This document shows positions 27,831 through 38,920 of a stretch of DNA of 62,212 nt, one piece after another. The notes under the pieces were generated by a model, which was not told where the DNA came from, ran no database searches, and worked only from the letters and a program-made list of their open reading frames with translations. Made by a program: the position numbers and the translations under genes. This stretch comes from Acidiferrobacterales bacterium. Its GTDB lineage: Bacteria > Pseudomonadota > Gammaproteobacteria > Acidiferrobacterales > Sulfurifustaceae. The stretch is from assembly GCA_919902925.1 (NCBI GenBank), contig CAKKRZ010000068.1:3267-65478 (forward strand), written 5' to 3'. The stretch's first letter is position 1; every line of letters starts with the position of its first letter.

Positions 27831-27905
27831 CGAGGCTCGGACCGGTGGGCCGGGCCGTGGCTTTGGGCTAGTATGTAGCGTCTTTCAGTTTCCCCCGGTG
27901 TTTCC

Positions 27906-28991
27906 ATGGTTACTCCACTCGCCTCGTCCAGACCCGTTACCGCCTCGCCCGTGCCACGCAAGGCCGTGGCGCTGATCTCGGGCGGGCTCGATTCCCTGCT
28001 CGCCGCCAAGGTGATGCTGGAACAGGGCGTGCATGTCGAAGGGATCAACTTCTACACCGGCTTTTGCGTGGAAGGCCATACCCACGCCATCCGCCGCGAA
28101 CACCAGGAAAAACCCAGGCGCAACAACGCGCTGTGGGTGGCGGAGCAGCTCGGCATCAAGCTGCACATCATCGAGGTGATCGAGGAATACAAGGCGATCG
28201 TGCTCAACCCGAAACACGGTTACGGCGCGAATCTCAACCCCTGCCTCGACTGCAAGGGCTTCATGGTGAAAAAGGCGCGCGAGTGGATGGAAGCGCACGG
28301 TTTCGATTTCATCATCACCGGCGAGGTGATCGGCCAGCGACCGATGTCGCAGCGCAAGGACACCATGCCGGTGGTGGCGCGCGAATCCGGCGCCTTCGAC
28401 CGCCTGTTGCGCCCGCTCTGTGCCCGGTTGCTGCCGGAGACTCTGCCCGAACGCGAAGGCTGGGTAGACCGCGAGAAACTGCTCGACTTCAACGGCCGCA
28501 GCCGCAAACCGCAGATGGCGCTGGCGGCGAAGTACGGCTTTACCGACTACGCCCAGCCGGCCGGCGGTTGCTGCTTCCTCACCAACGAACAGTACTCGCA
28601 CAAGCTCGCCGACCTGTGGCAGTCGCGCGGCCGGCGCGAGTACGATCTCGACGACATCATGCTGCTCAAGGTCGGCCGCCACCTGCGCCCGCGCCCGCAC
28701 TTCAAGCTGATCGTCGGTCGCGACGAGGGCGAAAACAACTACCTTGAAGGTTATCGCAAGCGCTTCATTCACCTGCGCGCGCCGCAGACGCCGGGTCCGC
28801 TGGTGCTGATCGAGGGCGAGAACCTGAGCGAGGATGACCTGCTGCTCGCCGCACGGCTGACGGCCCGTTTCGGCCGGGGCCGGGAGACCGCCGGGGTGAT
28901 CATCGAGATAACGCCGCCGGGCGAGCCGGTGCGCACCCTCACCGTCTCCCCGTTATCGGCCGATGAGATTCCGGCGGACTGGTACTTATAA
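27906..28991 (+). CDS. PP-loop ATP pyrophosphatase, ThiI/MnmA-like tRNA sulfurtransferase family
   Basis: SGGLDS PP-loop (ALISGGLDSLLAA), NPCLDCK and GGCCFLT Cys motifs. 361 aa. Confidence 0.7.
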   Translation: MVTPLASSRPVTASPVPRKAVALISGGLDSLLAAKVMLEQGVHVEGINFYTGFCVEGHTHAIRREHQEKPRRNNALWVAEQLGIKLHIIEVIEEYKAIVLNPKHGYGANLNPCLDCKGFMVKKAREWMEAHGFDFIITGEVIGQRPMSQRKDTMPVVARESGAFDRLLRPLCARLLPETLPEREGWVDREKLLDFNGRSRKPQMALAAKYGFTDYAQPAGGCCFLTNEQYSHKLADLWQSRGRREYDLDDIMLLKVGRHLRPRPHFKLIVGRDEGENNYLEGYRKRFIHLRAPQTPGPLVLIEGENLSEDDLLLAARLTARFGRGRETAGVIIEITPPGEPVRTLTVSPLSADEIPADWYL

Positions 28992-29278
28992 AAGACAGGA
29001 CGAACGGAGCGAAGCGCAGTAGGGCTACAGCAGATGACAAGACGAACGGAGCGAAGCCCATCTTATGAACTTTGTTTCGACAAAGACATGATTGGGCTGA
29101 AGTCATATGACAGGACGAGCGAAGCAGGACTGAAGTCATATGGCAGGACGAACGAAGCGAGTCCGCTACCGCGCCATCCCTGGCGCGCGGCCCTCGCCTC
29201 GTTCCGATCGGCGAAGCGGAGTAGGGCTGAAATCTTATGGCAAGACGAACGGAGCGAAGCGGAGTAGGGCTTCCTTAA
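28992..29278. repeat. Cluster of the same dispersed repeat family as 1-280, opposite orientation
   Basis: GACGAACGGAGCGAAGC..GTAGGGCT units occur at least five times. The reverse complement of the GCCGATCGGAACGAGGCGAGGGCCGCG module lies at about 29161-29219. Confidence 0.85.
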
Positions 29279-29518
29279 ATGAGCGAACACGAACTGGACG
29301 CCCGCGGCCTGCTCTGTCCGATGCCGGTGATCCGCGCCCAGTCGGCCGTGGCCAAGCTTGCACCCGGTGACACGCTGGTCGTACATGCCACCGATCCGGG
29401 CGCGCTCCACGACATCCCCGCCTGGTGCCGCGTGCATGGCCACCACATTGTGGCAACCGCCCGCGAAGGGCGCGAGATTGTCATCACGATAGGTGTCGGA
29501 ACGGGACAGTCCGGATGA
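29279..29518 (+). CDS. tusA: TusA/SirA-family sulfur carrier protein
   Basis: 79 aa with the ARGLLCPMPV active-site Cys motif. Confidence 0.85.
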   Translation: MSEHELDARGLLCPMPVIRAQSAVAKLAPGDTLVVHATDPGALHDIPAWCRVHGHHIVATAREGREIVITIGVGTGQSG

Positions 29519-30678
29519 GCGAACATCCCCATGGGGTGGATCTGTCCAGCCGCGAGCGTTACGAAGCCAGCAAGCGCGTAACGTGGGTCAGCGTATGGCT
29601 CAACCTGGTCCTGACGGTCGCCCAGATCGTCATCGGTCTGATCGGCCAGTCGCAGGCCCTGGTGGCCGACGGCTTTCATACGCTTTCCGATCTCATTTCC
29701 GACTTCATGGTGCTGTTCGCCCTGGCCCATGGACGCAAGGCGGCCGATGCCGAACACCCCTATGGCCATGCGCGCATCGAGACCGCCATGACCCTGATCC
29801 TGGGCGGCATGCTGGTGGCCGTCGGTATCGGGATTGCGATCAATGCCGGGCTCAAACTGCATCGTGGCGAGGCATTCGTCATTCCCTCGCAAATCACGCT
29901 GTGGGTTGCCGTAGTCACCCTGGTCGGCAAGGAATGGCTCTATCGATACCTCATGGTGGTGGCCAACCGCTATGACTCCAGCATGCTGCGCGCCAACGCC
30001 TGGCACAGCCGTTCCGATGCCATTTCATCGCTGGTCGTGGTTGCCGGTATTGGCGGCGCACTCTTCGGCTTTGCCTATCTCGATTCAGTCGCGGCCATTA
30101 TCGTGGCGATCATGGTGGCGAAGATCGGCGCTGACTTTGCCTGGCAATCGTTGCGCGAGCTGATCGATACCGGCCTCGATCCCGCCGTCATCGAGGAGAT
30201 GCGAAAGGTCATCAACGGGGTAGCCGGCGTGAAGGCACTGCACCTGTTGCGTACCCGGCGCACCGGCGGCAAAGCGCTGGTGGACGTGCACATCATCGTC
30301 GACGACCACCTAAGCGTGTCCGAGGGGCACCAGATCAGCGAAACCGTGCGCGCCAGACTAATCAGGGAGGTGGAAGTGATAAGCGACGTGTTGGTGCATA
30401 TCGATACGGAGGAGGACGTGGAATTGCCGTCGTGCGCCGGGCTGCCGCTGCGCGATGAAATACTCTCCCGGTTGAAGCAGTACTTTCGGGACATCCCGGA
30501 GGCTTCCGCCATTGAACGCACCACCCTTCACTACGTCGACGGCCAGCTGGAGATCGAATTGCTCCTGCCGCTGGCCATCGCCCCGTCCCGGGAGGCGGCC
30601 AGTGCCCTGACGAAGCGTTTTCAGACCGCCATTCAGGGTGCCACCGATATCCGACGTCTGGAAATTCTGTATCATTAG
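29515..30678 (+). CDS. Cation diffusion facilitator family transporter (FieF-like)
   Basis: Start ATG 29515 overlaps the tusA stop (ATGA). Has ADGFHTLSDL and HSRSD metal-site motifs, six TM segments and a C-terminal cytoplasmic domain. Confidence 0.82.
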   Translation: MSEHPHGVDLSSRERYEASKRVTWVSVWLNLVLTVAQIVIGLIGQSQALVADGFHTLSDLISDFMVLFALAHGRKAADAEHPYGHARIETAMTLILGGMLVAVGIGIAINAGLKLHRGEAFVIPSQITLWVAVVTLVGKEWLYRYLMVVANRYDSSMLRANAWHSRSDAISSLVVVAGIGGALFGFAYLDSVAAIIVAIMVAKIGADFAWQSLRELIDTGLDPAVIEEMRKVINGVAGVKALHLLRTRRTGGKALVDVHIIVDDHLSVSEGHQISETVRARLIREVEVISDVLVHIDTEEDVELPSCAGLPLRDEILSRLKQYFRDIPEASAIERTTLHYVDGQLEIELLLPLAIAPSREAASALTKRFQTAIQGATDIRRLEILYH

Positions 30679-30681
30679 ATG

Positions 30682-30729
30682 CGCACTATTACAGTGCATA
30701 TCGGCTGTAATATGCACCATCGTAGTGCG
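30682..30729 (+). promoter_or_regulatory. Two NtrC-type enhancer sites (GCAC-N7-GTGC)
   Basis: CGCACTATTACAGTGCA (30682-30698) and TGCACCATCGTAGTGCG (30713-30729) fit the NtrC consensus TGCACC-N5-GGTGCA. They lie upstream of glnA. Confidence 0.65.
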
Positions 30730-30791
30730 ATCATTTACGTTAGTATCTGTATATAACATTGATTTATATCATTTTTATTATTGCACCATCA

Positions 30792-30807
30792 TGGCACACA
30801 TACTGCT
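30792..30807 (+). promoter_or_regulatory. Sigma54 (-24/-12) promoter, glnAp2-like
   Basis: TGGCACACATACTGCT shows the GG-N10-GC spacing of TGGCAC-N5-TTGCW. It is preceded by a third half-NtrC-like site, TTGCACCATCA. Confidence 0.65.
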
Positions 30808-30883
30808 ATCTTAAGGCTCAGTTTTAACCAGGCTTGTCACCCTTTTCATTTATTAATCCGATTCCCGCGAGGAGGAGAACCCG

Positions 30884-32293
30884 ATGTCCGGCGCTGATGT
30901 ACTGAAGATGATCAAAGAGAAAGGCGTAAAGTTTGTCGACTTCCGCTTTACCGATACCAAGGGCAAGGAACAGCATGTCTCCGTGCCCATGCACCAGGTC
31001 GACGCCTCGACTTTCGAGGAAGGCAAGATGTTCGACGGCTCCTCGATCGCCGGCTGGAAGAGCATCAACGAGTCCGACATGATCCTGATGCCGGACGCCT
31101 CAACCGCGGTCATGGACCCGTTCTTCGAGGAACCGACCCTCATCCTGCGCTGCGACGTGGTTGAGCCCTCGACCATGCAGGGCTACGAGCGTTGCCCGCG
31201 TTCACTCGCCAAGCGCGCCGAGGCCTACCTCAAGAGCACCGGCGTCGCCGACACCGCGTTCTTCGGTCCCGAAGCCGAGTTCTTCATCTTCGACGACGTG
31301 CGCTGGGGCGCCGACATCAGCGGCTCGTTCGTGAAAATCGATTCCGAAGAGGCCTCCTGGAACACCGAGAAGGTGTACGAGGGCGGCAACATGGGCCACC
31401 GTCCGGGCGTCAAGGGCGGCTACTTCCCGGTACCGCCGGTCGACTCGCAGCAGGACATCCGCTCGGCCATGTGCCTGGCCATGGAAGAGATGGGGATCGT
31501 CGTCGAAACCCATCACCATGAAGTTGCGACCGCCGGCCAGAACGAGATCGGCATGAAGTTCAACACCCTGGTCAAAAAGGCCGACGAGCTCCAGATCTAC
31601 AAGTATTGCGTGCACCAGGTGGCGCACAGCTACGGCAAGACCGCGACCTTCATGCCGAAACCGCTGGTCGGCGACAACGGCTCGGGCATGCACGTGCACC
31701 AGTCGCTCGCCAAGGGCGGCACCAACCTGTTCACCGGCAAAGGCTACGGCGGTCTGTCCGATCTCGCGCTCTATTACATCGGCGGCATCATCAAGCACGC
31801 GCGCGCGATCAATGCCATCACCAACCCGCTGACCAACAGCTACAAGCGCCTGGTACCGGGCTTCGAAGCGCCGGTGATGCTGGCGTATTCCGCCCGCAAT
31901 CGTTCGGCCTCGATCCGCATCCCGTATGTGGCCAATCCGAAGGGACGCCGCATCGAAGTGCGTTTCCCGGATCCGGGTTCCAATCCGTATCTGGCCTTCG
32001 CCGCCATGATGATGGCCGGCCTCGACGGCATCCAGAACAAGATCCACCCGGGCGAAGCCATGGACAAGGATCTGTACGACCTGCCGCCGGAAGAGGAGAA
32101 AAAGATCCCGACCGTCTGCCATGCGCTCGACCAGGCGCTGGATGCACTCGACAAGGATCGCGAGTTTCTGACCCGCGGCGGCGTGTTCACCAACGACCTG
32201 ATCGATGCCTACATCGGACTCAAGATGGCGGACGTCACGCGCTTCCGCATGACCACGCATCCGGTTGAGTTCGACATGTATTACAGCGTCTAA
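30884..32293 (+). CDS. glnA: Glutamine synthetase type I
   Basis: [17 protein letters not shown] and NGSGMHVH motifs, plus the adenylylation-site context [20 protein letters not shown]. Confidence 0.95.
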   Translation: MSGADVLKMIKEKGVKFVDFRFTDTKGKEQHVSVPMHQVDASTFEEGKMFDGSSIAGWKSINESDMILMPDASTAVMDPFFEEPTLILRCDVVEPSTMQGYERCPRSLAKRAEAYLKSTGVADTAFFGPEAEFFIFDDVRWGADISGSFVKIDSEEASWNTEKVYEGGNMGHRPGVKGGYFPVPPVDSQQDIRSAMCLAMEEMGIVVETHHHEVATAGQNEIGMKFNTLVKKADELQIYKYCVHQVAHSYGKTATFMPKPLVGDNGSGMHVHQSLAKGGTNLFTGKGYGGLSDLALYYIGGIIKHARAINAITNPLTNSYKRLVPGFEAPVMLAYSARNRSASIRIPYVANPKGRRIEVRFPDPGSNPYLAFAAMMMAGLDGIQNKIHPGEAMDKDLYDLPPEEEKKIPTVCHALDQALDALDKDREFLTRGGVFTNDLIDAYIGLKMADVTRFRMTTHPVEFDMYYSV

Positions 32294-32319
32294 GGAGGCG
32301 CTGTTCACCGGCTGTGGCC

Positions 32320-32350
32320 CTACGCCCCCGCCTGGGGGCGTAGTTATTTA
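32320..32350 (+). terminator. Intrinsic terminator after glnA
   Basis: CTACGCCCCC-gcct-GGGGGCGTAG forms a 10-bp stem followed by TTATTTA. Confidence 0.7.
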
Positions 32351-32504
32351 CGGAGGCCTGAAGTAAAAAACAGGTGTGCGCTATTTTGGCGCATGACCCA
32401 ATGCTGGAGTCTAAGCGTACTTTACTGTGGCTTATCGCAAAGGAAAATTATCTGCGCCGGCGACGCTGGACCGTATCCCTCCCATCGCCGGCGAGGAACC
32501 GGAG

Positions 32505-33549
32505 ATGGCCGTCAACACACAGCGCCTGCTCGACAGTCTCTCGACCGCCGTACTGACCTTCGACACGGCGCTGCGGCTGATGACCATCAATCCGGCCGGC
32601 GAGATGTTGTTTGAGATCAGCGCCAAGAAAGTGCTCGGCCAGCATCTGATCGACCTGCTGCCAGCAAGCCCGGGGCTCGTGCGCATCCTGCAGTCCACGC
32701 TCAAGCAACGCCGTGCCTTCACCGCCCGGTCGGTGGCCCTGCGACTGCCCTGGCGGCGGCCGCTCACCATCGACTGCACCGTCACACCCATGACCGACGG
32801 TACCGACGGCCTGCTGGTGGAAATCATGCAAGTCGACCGCTGGTTGCGACTGGCCCGCGAGGGCAGCCAGCACGAGCGCCAGGCGGCCAATCGCGCCGTC
32901 ATGCGCGGACTCGCCCACGAGATCAAGAATCCGCTCGGCGGCCTGCGCGGCGCCGCCCAGTTGCTGGAACGCGAACTGAAGGACGCGGCGCTGCGCGACT
33001 ACACGCACATCATCATTCACGAGGCCGACCGCCTGCGAAATCTGGTTGACCGCATGATCGGCCCGTCGCGCCCGCTCAACCTTCAGCCGGTCAACATCCA
33101 CTCCGTGCTCGAACACATCCGCAAACTGATCGTGGTCGAAAATCCGGTCGGCCTCACCATCGACCGTCACTACGACCCGAGCCTGCCGGAAGTGCTGGCC
33201 GACCAGGGCCAGCTGATCCAGGCGCTGCTCAATATTGTCCGCAACGCCGTCCAGGCCACCGACGGCCGCGGAACGATCGTGCTGACGACGCGCGTGCAGC
33301 GCGGTTACATCATCGGCCGGCAACGCCACCGGCTGGCGGCGCGCATCGATATCGAGGACAACGGCCCCGGCATTCCGGAGTCGCTGCGCGAGCAGATCTT
33401 TTATCCGATGGTCACCGGCCGCCCCGAGGGCACCGGCCTCGGCCTGTCGATCGCCCAGGAAATCGTGGCGCGCCACGACGGCCTCATCGAGGTGGCGAGC
33501 AAGCCTGCGCACACGGTATTCAGCATCTATCTTCCCCTGAGGAACAACC

Positions 33550-33557
<8 letters not shown>
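32505..33557 (+). CDS. glnL: Nitrogen regulation sensor histidine kinase NtrB
   Basis: PAS N-terminus, H-box HEIKNPLGG, and N/G boxes (NIVRNAV, GTGLGLS). Start at ATG 32505 after GGAG. Confidence 0.9.
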
Positions 33558-34961
<1,404 letters not shown>

Positions 34962-34962
<1 letters not shown>

Positions 34963-35127
34963 CAGTTTGTTGAAAACTGTCCTTCCATGGACTTTTTCAA
35001 CCCAAAAAGCAAAAAGTGCGATTTTTGCCTTTCTCCATTTTTCAAAAGCTTGGCGCTTTTGAAAAATGACGGTACATCCCTGTACCGCACCGCAGTTTGT
35101 TGAAAAACAAGTTTTTCAACAAACTGC
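34962..35127. repeat. AT-rich intergenic region with nested palindromes built on TTGAAAA/TTTTCAA
   Basis: ACAGTTTGTTGAAAAC lies at 34962-34977. A 14-bp stem spans 35036-35068. A perfect 17-bp palindrome, GCAGTTTGTTGAAAAAC/GTTTTTCAACAAACTGC, spans 35092-35127. Probably acts as a bidirectional terminator. Confidence 0.8.
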
Positions 35128-35147
35128 TAAACGGCCGACCCCGCCGG

Positions 35148-36047
35148 TCAGGCGTCCGGCCGTTCGAGGCCGTGGCGCCGGTAAACGGCCGTGACCGTGT
35201 CCGTCATCAGGAAATCGCGCAGACGCGCGCCCCACTCGCCCCCGTCACCCACCAGACCGAGGTGATACGCGGTCACGATGTTGTCCGTGCGCGTGGCCGG
35301 TTCGGCCTTGCCCTCGCCATCGAGGGCGACGATCTCGAAACACCCCGGAAAGATGCGCGTGTAACGCAACGCCAGGTGATAGTAGAGCACCGCCGCGTCG
35401 GCGCGGTCGTCGTGCAGGGCCTGCGGGGCCTCGCGGTGATGAATTCGCTCGCCATAGACGATCCGCGCCGCGGGCCCGGCGAGAAAATCAAAGCTGACCC
35501 CGAATGCGCGCGCGAAGCGCGCCAGGGTTTCGGCATAAACCTCGTAACTCGCCTTCTCGGTCTGCGGATTGGACAGGAACAGGCGCACCTCCGGCCGCGC
35601 CAGGTCGCGCGCGCTGGCGATACCCAGCGGATTCCCGGCCCGGACCAGCAGCACGTTGCCGCGGCTGCGCATGAATGGTACGTGCTCCGCCACCTGACCG
35701 GTCGCCACCAGCGCATCGAGCACCGGCGCGGGGCTGATAAAAACATGCGGCCGCACCGACAGGAAAAGATTGCCGAGGCTGAAACCACCGGCGGTCAGCG
35801 CCTGCACCAGCACCGCCGGCGGGGTGGTGGCATAAAAGATGTCGCGCACCGCAGGCTGGCCGGCGAGAAACGCCTGCAACGCCTCGGCCAGGGCCATGTG
35901 GTGGTTGCCATCCGAAAAGACCGCCAGGCGCGCGGCCGCGGGATCGCCGTGAAAATCGAGACTGAGGTTGGAGCCGGCGTGAAACCAGACCGGCCGGTCC
36001 GAGCGGTCCCGGGCCCATTCGCGCGGCCAATCGAGCGGTGACGACAC
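35148..36047 (-). CDS. Periplasmic-binding-protein-like (type 2 PBP, molybdate/sulfate-binder-like) protein without obvious signal peptide
   Basis: 299-aa ORF tightly packed behind the two upstream genes. By eye it resembles ModA-like binders (LLVRAGNP, SNPQTE.ASY, AAVLYYHLA). The function call is weak. Confidence 0.5.
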   Translation of the reverse strand: MSSPLDWPREWARDRSDRPVWFHAGSNLSLDFHGDPAAARLAVFSDGNHHMALAEALQAFLAGQPAVRDIFYATTPPAVLVQALTAGGFSLGNLFLSVRPHVFISPAPVLDALVATGQVAEHVPFMRSRGNVLLVRAGNPLGIASARDLARPEVRLFLSNPQTEKASYEVYAETLARFARAFGVSFDFLAGPAARIVYGERIHHREAPQALHDDRADAAVLYYHLALRYTRIFPGCFEIVALDGEGKAEPATRTDNIVTAYHLGLVGDGGEWGARLRDFLMTDTVTAVYRRHGLERPDA

Positions 36048-36058
36048 GACGGGTTAGC

Positions 36059-36337
36059 CTAACCAGTCCCGCCCGCGAACAGTTTCCAGGCCGTGAAATC
36101 CGATACCGCGGCCAGTGCCAGCAGGCACACCACCAGCACCGCCACGGCCAGCCAGTAACGGCGCGCATACTTCCGGCCCAGCGCATCAAGCCGGCCGTAG
36201 GGCGGGAAACTGAAGAGCGCGCCGAAGGTGTTTTCCTTGACCTGATACTGCTGTTCGTAGAAATGCCGCACCAGCAGGCGATAGTAGATCACCACGTAAC
36301 CGGTCACGACCAGCAGGATGCCGAGAAAGGTGCGCAT
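36059..36337 (-). CDS. Small 2-TM membrane protein, hypothetical
   Basis: 92 aa with hydrophobic helices at both ends. Gaps to both neighbours are 9-11 nt, which suggests an operon. Confidence 0.55.
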   Translation of the reverse strand: MRTFLGILLVVTGYVVIYYRLLVRHFYEQQYQVKENTFGALFSFPPYGRLDALGRKYARRYWLAVAVLVVCLLALAAVSDFTAWKLFAGGTG

Positions 36338-36346
36338 GATTGATCC

Positions 36347-37090
36347 TCAGCGAACCGCCGTCGTCGCCGGCCGGGCGAGATCCCCGGACGATGGCTGTGC
36401 GTTCGTGTTCAGCAGCGTCTCCAGGCAGCGGTCGTCGCGCAGACTGATGCGGTGGTCCGACACGGTCAGCAATCCCTGCTGCTTGAGTTCGTTGATCACG
36501 CTGCTGACCGACTGGCGCGTGGTGCCGGTCATGTCGGCCATTTCCTGGTGGGTCAGGGGAATGTCGAGCCGCCGGCTGCCGTCATCCAGTGGAACACCGT
36601 AGCGCTGGTCCAATCGTAACAGCAGCTTGACCACCCGGGTGGTGACGTCATCGGCGATCAGGTTGAGCACGGTATCGGTCAGGCCGCGCAGACGACAGGA
36701 CAGCATGTCGACGACCAGCATCGCCACCGAGATGTCGCCCTCCAGGAAACCACGGAAGCGCTCGCGCGGAATCACCAGCGCTTCGACATCGGTACAGGCC
36801 TCGGCATAGACGACCCGTTCGCCGCCGCGCGCCATCTCGGCCAGGCCGAACATCTCGCCCGGCAGGCAGAACCACAGGATCACGGCCCGGCCGAGCGGCG
36901 ACAGGGCGTACACCTTTACCCGACCCTCCGTCAGGATATAAACATGATCGCCGGAACTACCGGCCCGGAAGATCGGTATACCTTTTCTGAAGCGGACAAC
37001 ACTTCCCTGGGCGGAAAGGCCCGCGCGTGAACCATCCGATAACCGACCCCAGAAATTCGACGGTGCTACATACCAGGATGTGGTCGACAA
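36347..37090 (-). CDS. Crp/Fnr-family transcriptional regulator
   Basis: Cyclic-nucleotide-binding beta-roll (FRAGSSGDHVYILTEGRVKV) and a C-terminal HTH (TRQSVSSVINELKQQGLL). No Fnr-type N-terminal Cys cluster. Confidence 0.85.
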   Translation of the reverse strand: MSTTSWYVAPSNFWGRLSDGSRAGLSAQGSVVRFRKGIPIFRAGSSGDHVYILTEGRVKVYALSPLGRAVILWFCLPGEMFGLAEMARGGERVVYAEACTDVEALVIPRERFRGFLEGDISVAMLVVDMLSCRLRGLTDTVLNLIADDVTTRVVKLLLRLDQRYGVPLDDGSRRLDIPLTHQEMADMTGTTRQSVSSVINELKQQGLLTVSDHRISLRDDRCLETLLNTNAQPSSGDLARPATTAVR

Positions 37091-37303
37091 TTTCGGCTCC
37101 TCCTTGATGATCCTTGGGCAACTGCCTTGTTATGCATGAACGGTATCTGGAATGTCGGCTGGCCGACAGACGCCGCTCCCGGTTTTGCGAATAGTGGCCG
37201 ACCGGCCCATCATCACTGGGCCCTATTATGGTGTCGGTACGGCCCCCCGGCCAGCCGCCGTCACAGGATCTGCAACCTGATTTCAAAAACAAGGAGTTAA
37301 CGG

Positions 37304-38845
37304 ATGGCATCGACCTCTGGAAGTGGCGTGCTTGGATATATTACCAGCAACATTCGTGAAAGCGGCCGAAACCCGGCACGCACCCTGATCGGGTTTGTGC
37401 TCGCCTGGATCGCCTTCGCGCTGATCCTGTGGGTGCTGCCCACACCCACCGGCCTCAAGCCAGAAGGCATGATGGTGCTCGCCATCGTCGTCTGGGCGAG
37501 CATCATGTGGGTGTCGGAGGCCATGCCGGTCGGCATCACCGGCATCAGCATCCCGACGCTGCTCATCATTACCCACGCGCTGCCCTGGGACAAGGGCAAA
37601 CCGCCGCTCGGGCAGGTGTTCTCCGGCTTCACCAACCATGTCGTGTGGCTGCTGTTGTTCGCCCTGATGGTCGGCGCCATCATGCAACTGCTCAAACTCG
37701 ATCGGCGCATCGCGCTCGCGATCCTCGACAAGGTCAGGGCTTCCAATGCCGGACGCGTGATCTGGGGCTTCTTCGGCGTCAACCTGGTGCTGTCGTTCCT
37801 GATCCCGGCGGCCGTGGCGCGTTCCGCGACACTGCTGCCCATCATCCAGGGCGTCACCGACCTGCTCGGCAATTCCGAGAGGGAACGCCAGGCCAAGAAG
37901 GCCATCGTCATCCAGACACTCGTGTATGGCAGCATGATCACGGGCATGTTCATCATGACCGCGCACCTGCCGAACATGATCCTGGTCGAAATGTTCGGCA
38001 AGGGCGGCTACCACATCGGCTACCTCGACTGGATGCTGTTGCAGTTCCCGTACCTCGGCATGTTCGTACTCACGCAGTGGTGGGTGCGTTATCACTTCAA
38101 GACCAAGGGTGTCGAAATTGCCGGCGGTCATGCCTCCATCGCCAAGATGCACAAAAACCTGGGCCCGATGGCCAGCGGCGAGTGGCTGCTGCTGCTGATC
38201 TTCACGGGCGTGGCGCTGTTCTTCATGCTCGGCAAGAACAGTCCGATCATGAAGGTGCACAACGTCCAGCTGGGCATCATCGCGCTGGTCGGGTTTCTGG
38301 TGCTGTTTATTCCCGGTCTGTTCCCGTTCAAGTGGAAGCAGATCGAGGAGCGCACCATGTGGGGCACGTTCCTGCTGCTGGGTGGCGCACTCACCATGAC
38401 CTCCGCCATGTCCACCTCGGGTCTCGCCGGCTGGATGGCCGACGGCATCCACGGCATGGTCGTGGGCCAATCCTGGTGGCTGGTGCTGCTCATCATGATG
38501 GTCGGCACGCACGTGATCCGTATCGGCATGCTCTCGAACGTCGCGGCGGTGGCAATGCTGGCGCCGATTCTGTTCGAGCTTGGCAAGCAACTGGGCCTGC
38601 ACCCGGTGGCCTTCACTATGCTGGTGGCCGACACCGACACCTTCGCCTACCTGCTGCCCACGCAGATCACGGCGGCGGTGATCGCCTACGGTACCGGCAC
38701 CTTCAGCACCGCCGACTACGCCAAGGCCGGATGGGTGTGCATCCTGCTGGCGATCGCCTACGGCATCCTGATCATGGCCCCGTGGTACGCGATCCTCGGT
38801 ATGCCGGTGTGGGACGCCAGTGTGCCCTGGCCGTTCGCCAAGTAA
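37304..38845 (+). CDS. DASS/SLC13-type anion permease (ArsB/NhaD superfamily)
   Basis: 513 aa and highly hydrophobic, with WVSEAMPVGITGI and related hairpin-loop motifs typical of divalent anion:Na+ symporters. Confidence 0.75.
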   Translation: MASTSGSGVLGYITSNIRESGRNPARTLIGFVLAWIAFALILWVLPTPTGLKPEGMMVLAIVVWASIMWVSEAMPVGITGISIPTLLIITHALPWDKGKPPLGQVFSGFTNHVVWLLLFALMVGAIMQLLKLDRRIALAILDKVRASNAGRVIWGFFGVNLVLSFLIPAAVARSATLLPIIQGVTDLLGNSERERQAKKAIVIQTLVYGSMITGMFIMTAHLPNMILVEMFGKGGYHIGYLDWMLLQFPYLGMFVLTQWWVRYHFKTKGVEIAGGHASIAKMHKNLGPMASGEWLLLLIFTGVALFFMLGKNSPIMKVHNVQLGIIALVGFLVLFIPGLFPFKWKQIEERTMWGTFLLLGGALTMTSAMSTSGLAGWMADGIHGMVVGQSWWLVLLIMMVGTHVIRIGMLSNVAAVAMLAPILFELGKQLGLHPVAFTMLVADTDTFAYLLPTQITAAVIAYGTGTFSTADYAKAGWVCILLAIAYGILIMAPWYAILGMPVWDASVPWPFAK

Positions 38846-38858
38846 TTCTTGCTATCTC

Positions 38859-38894
38859 ACGCCCGTCCCCTTCCGGGGGACGGGCGTTCTTTTC
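38859..38894 (+). terminator. Stem-loop after the permease gene (possible terminator or attenuator)
   Basis: ACGCCCGTCCCC-ttccg-GGGGACGGGCGT forms a 12-bp stem followed by TCTTTTCC. Confidence 0.6.
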
Positions 38895-38920
38895 CCGCTG
38901 AATATTTCCGAGATTGGATC

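Noticed and set aside
37090-37304. Sigma54 promoter or Crp/Fnr operator in the divergent Crp-DASS control region
   Set aside because: TTGGGCAACTGCCTTGTTATGCA does not keep the GG-N10-GC spacing, and TTGATGATCCTTGG lacks a proper second half-site. I could not support a call by eye.
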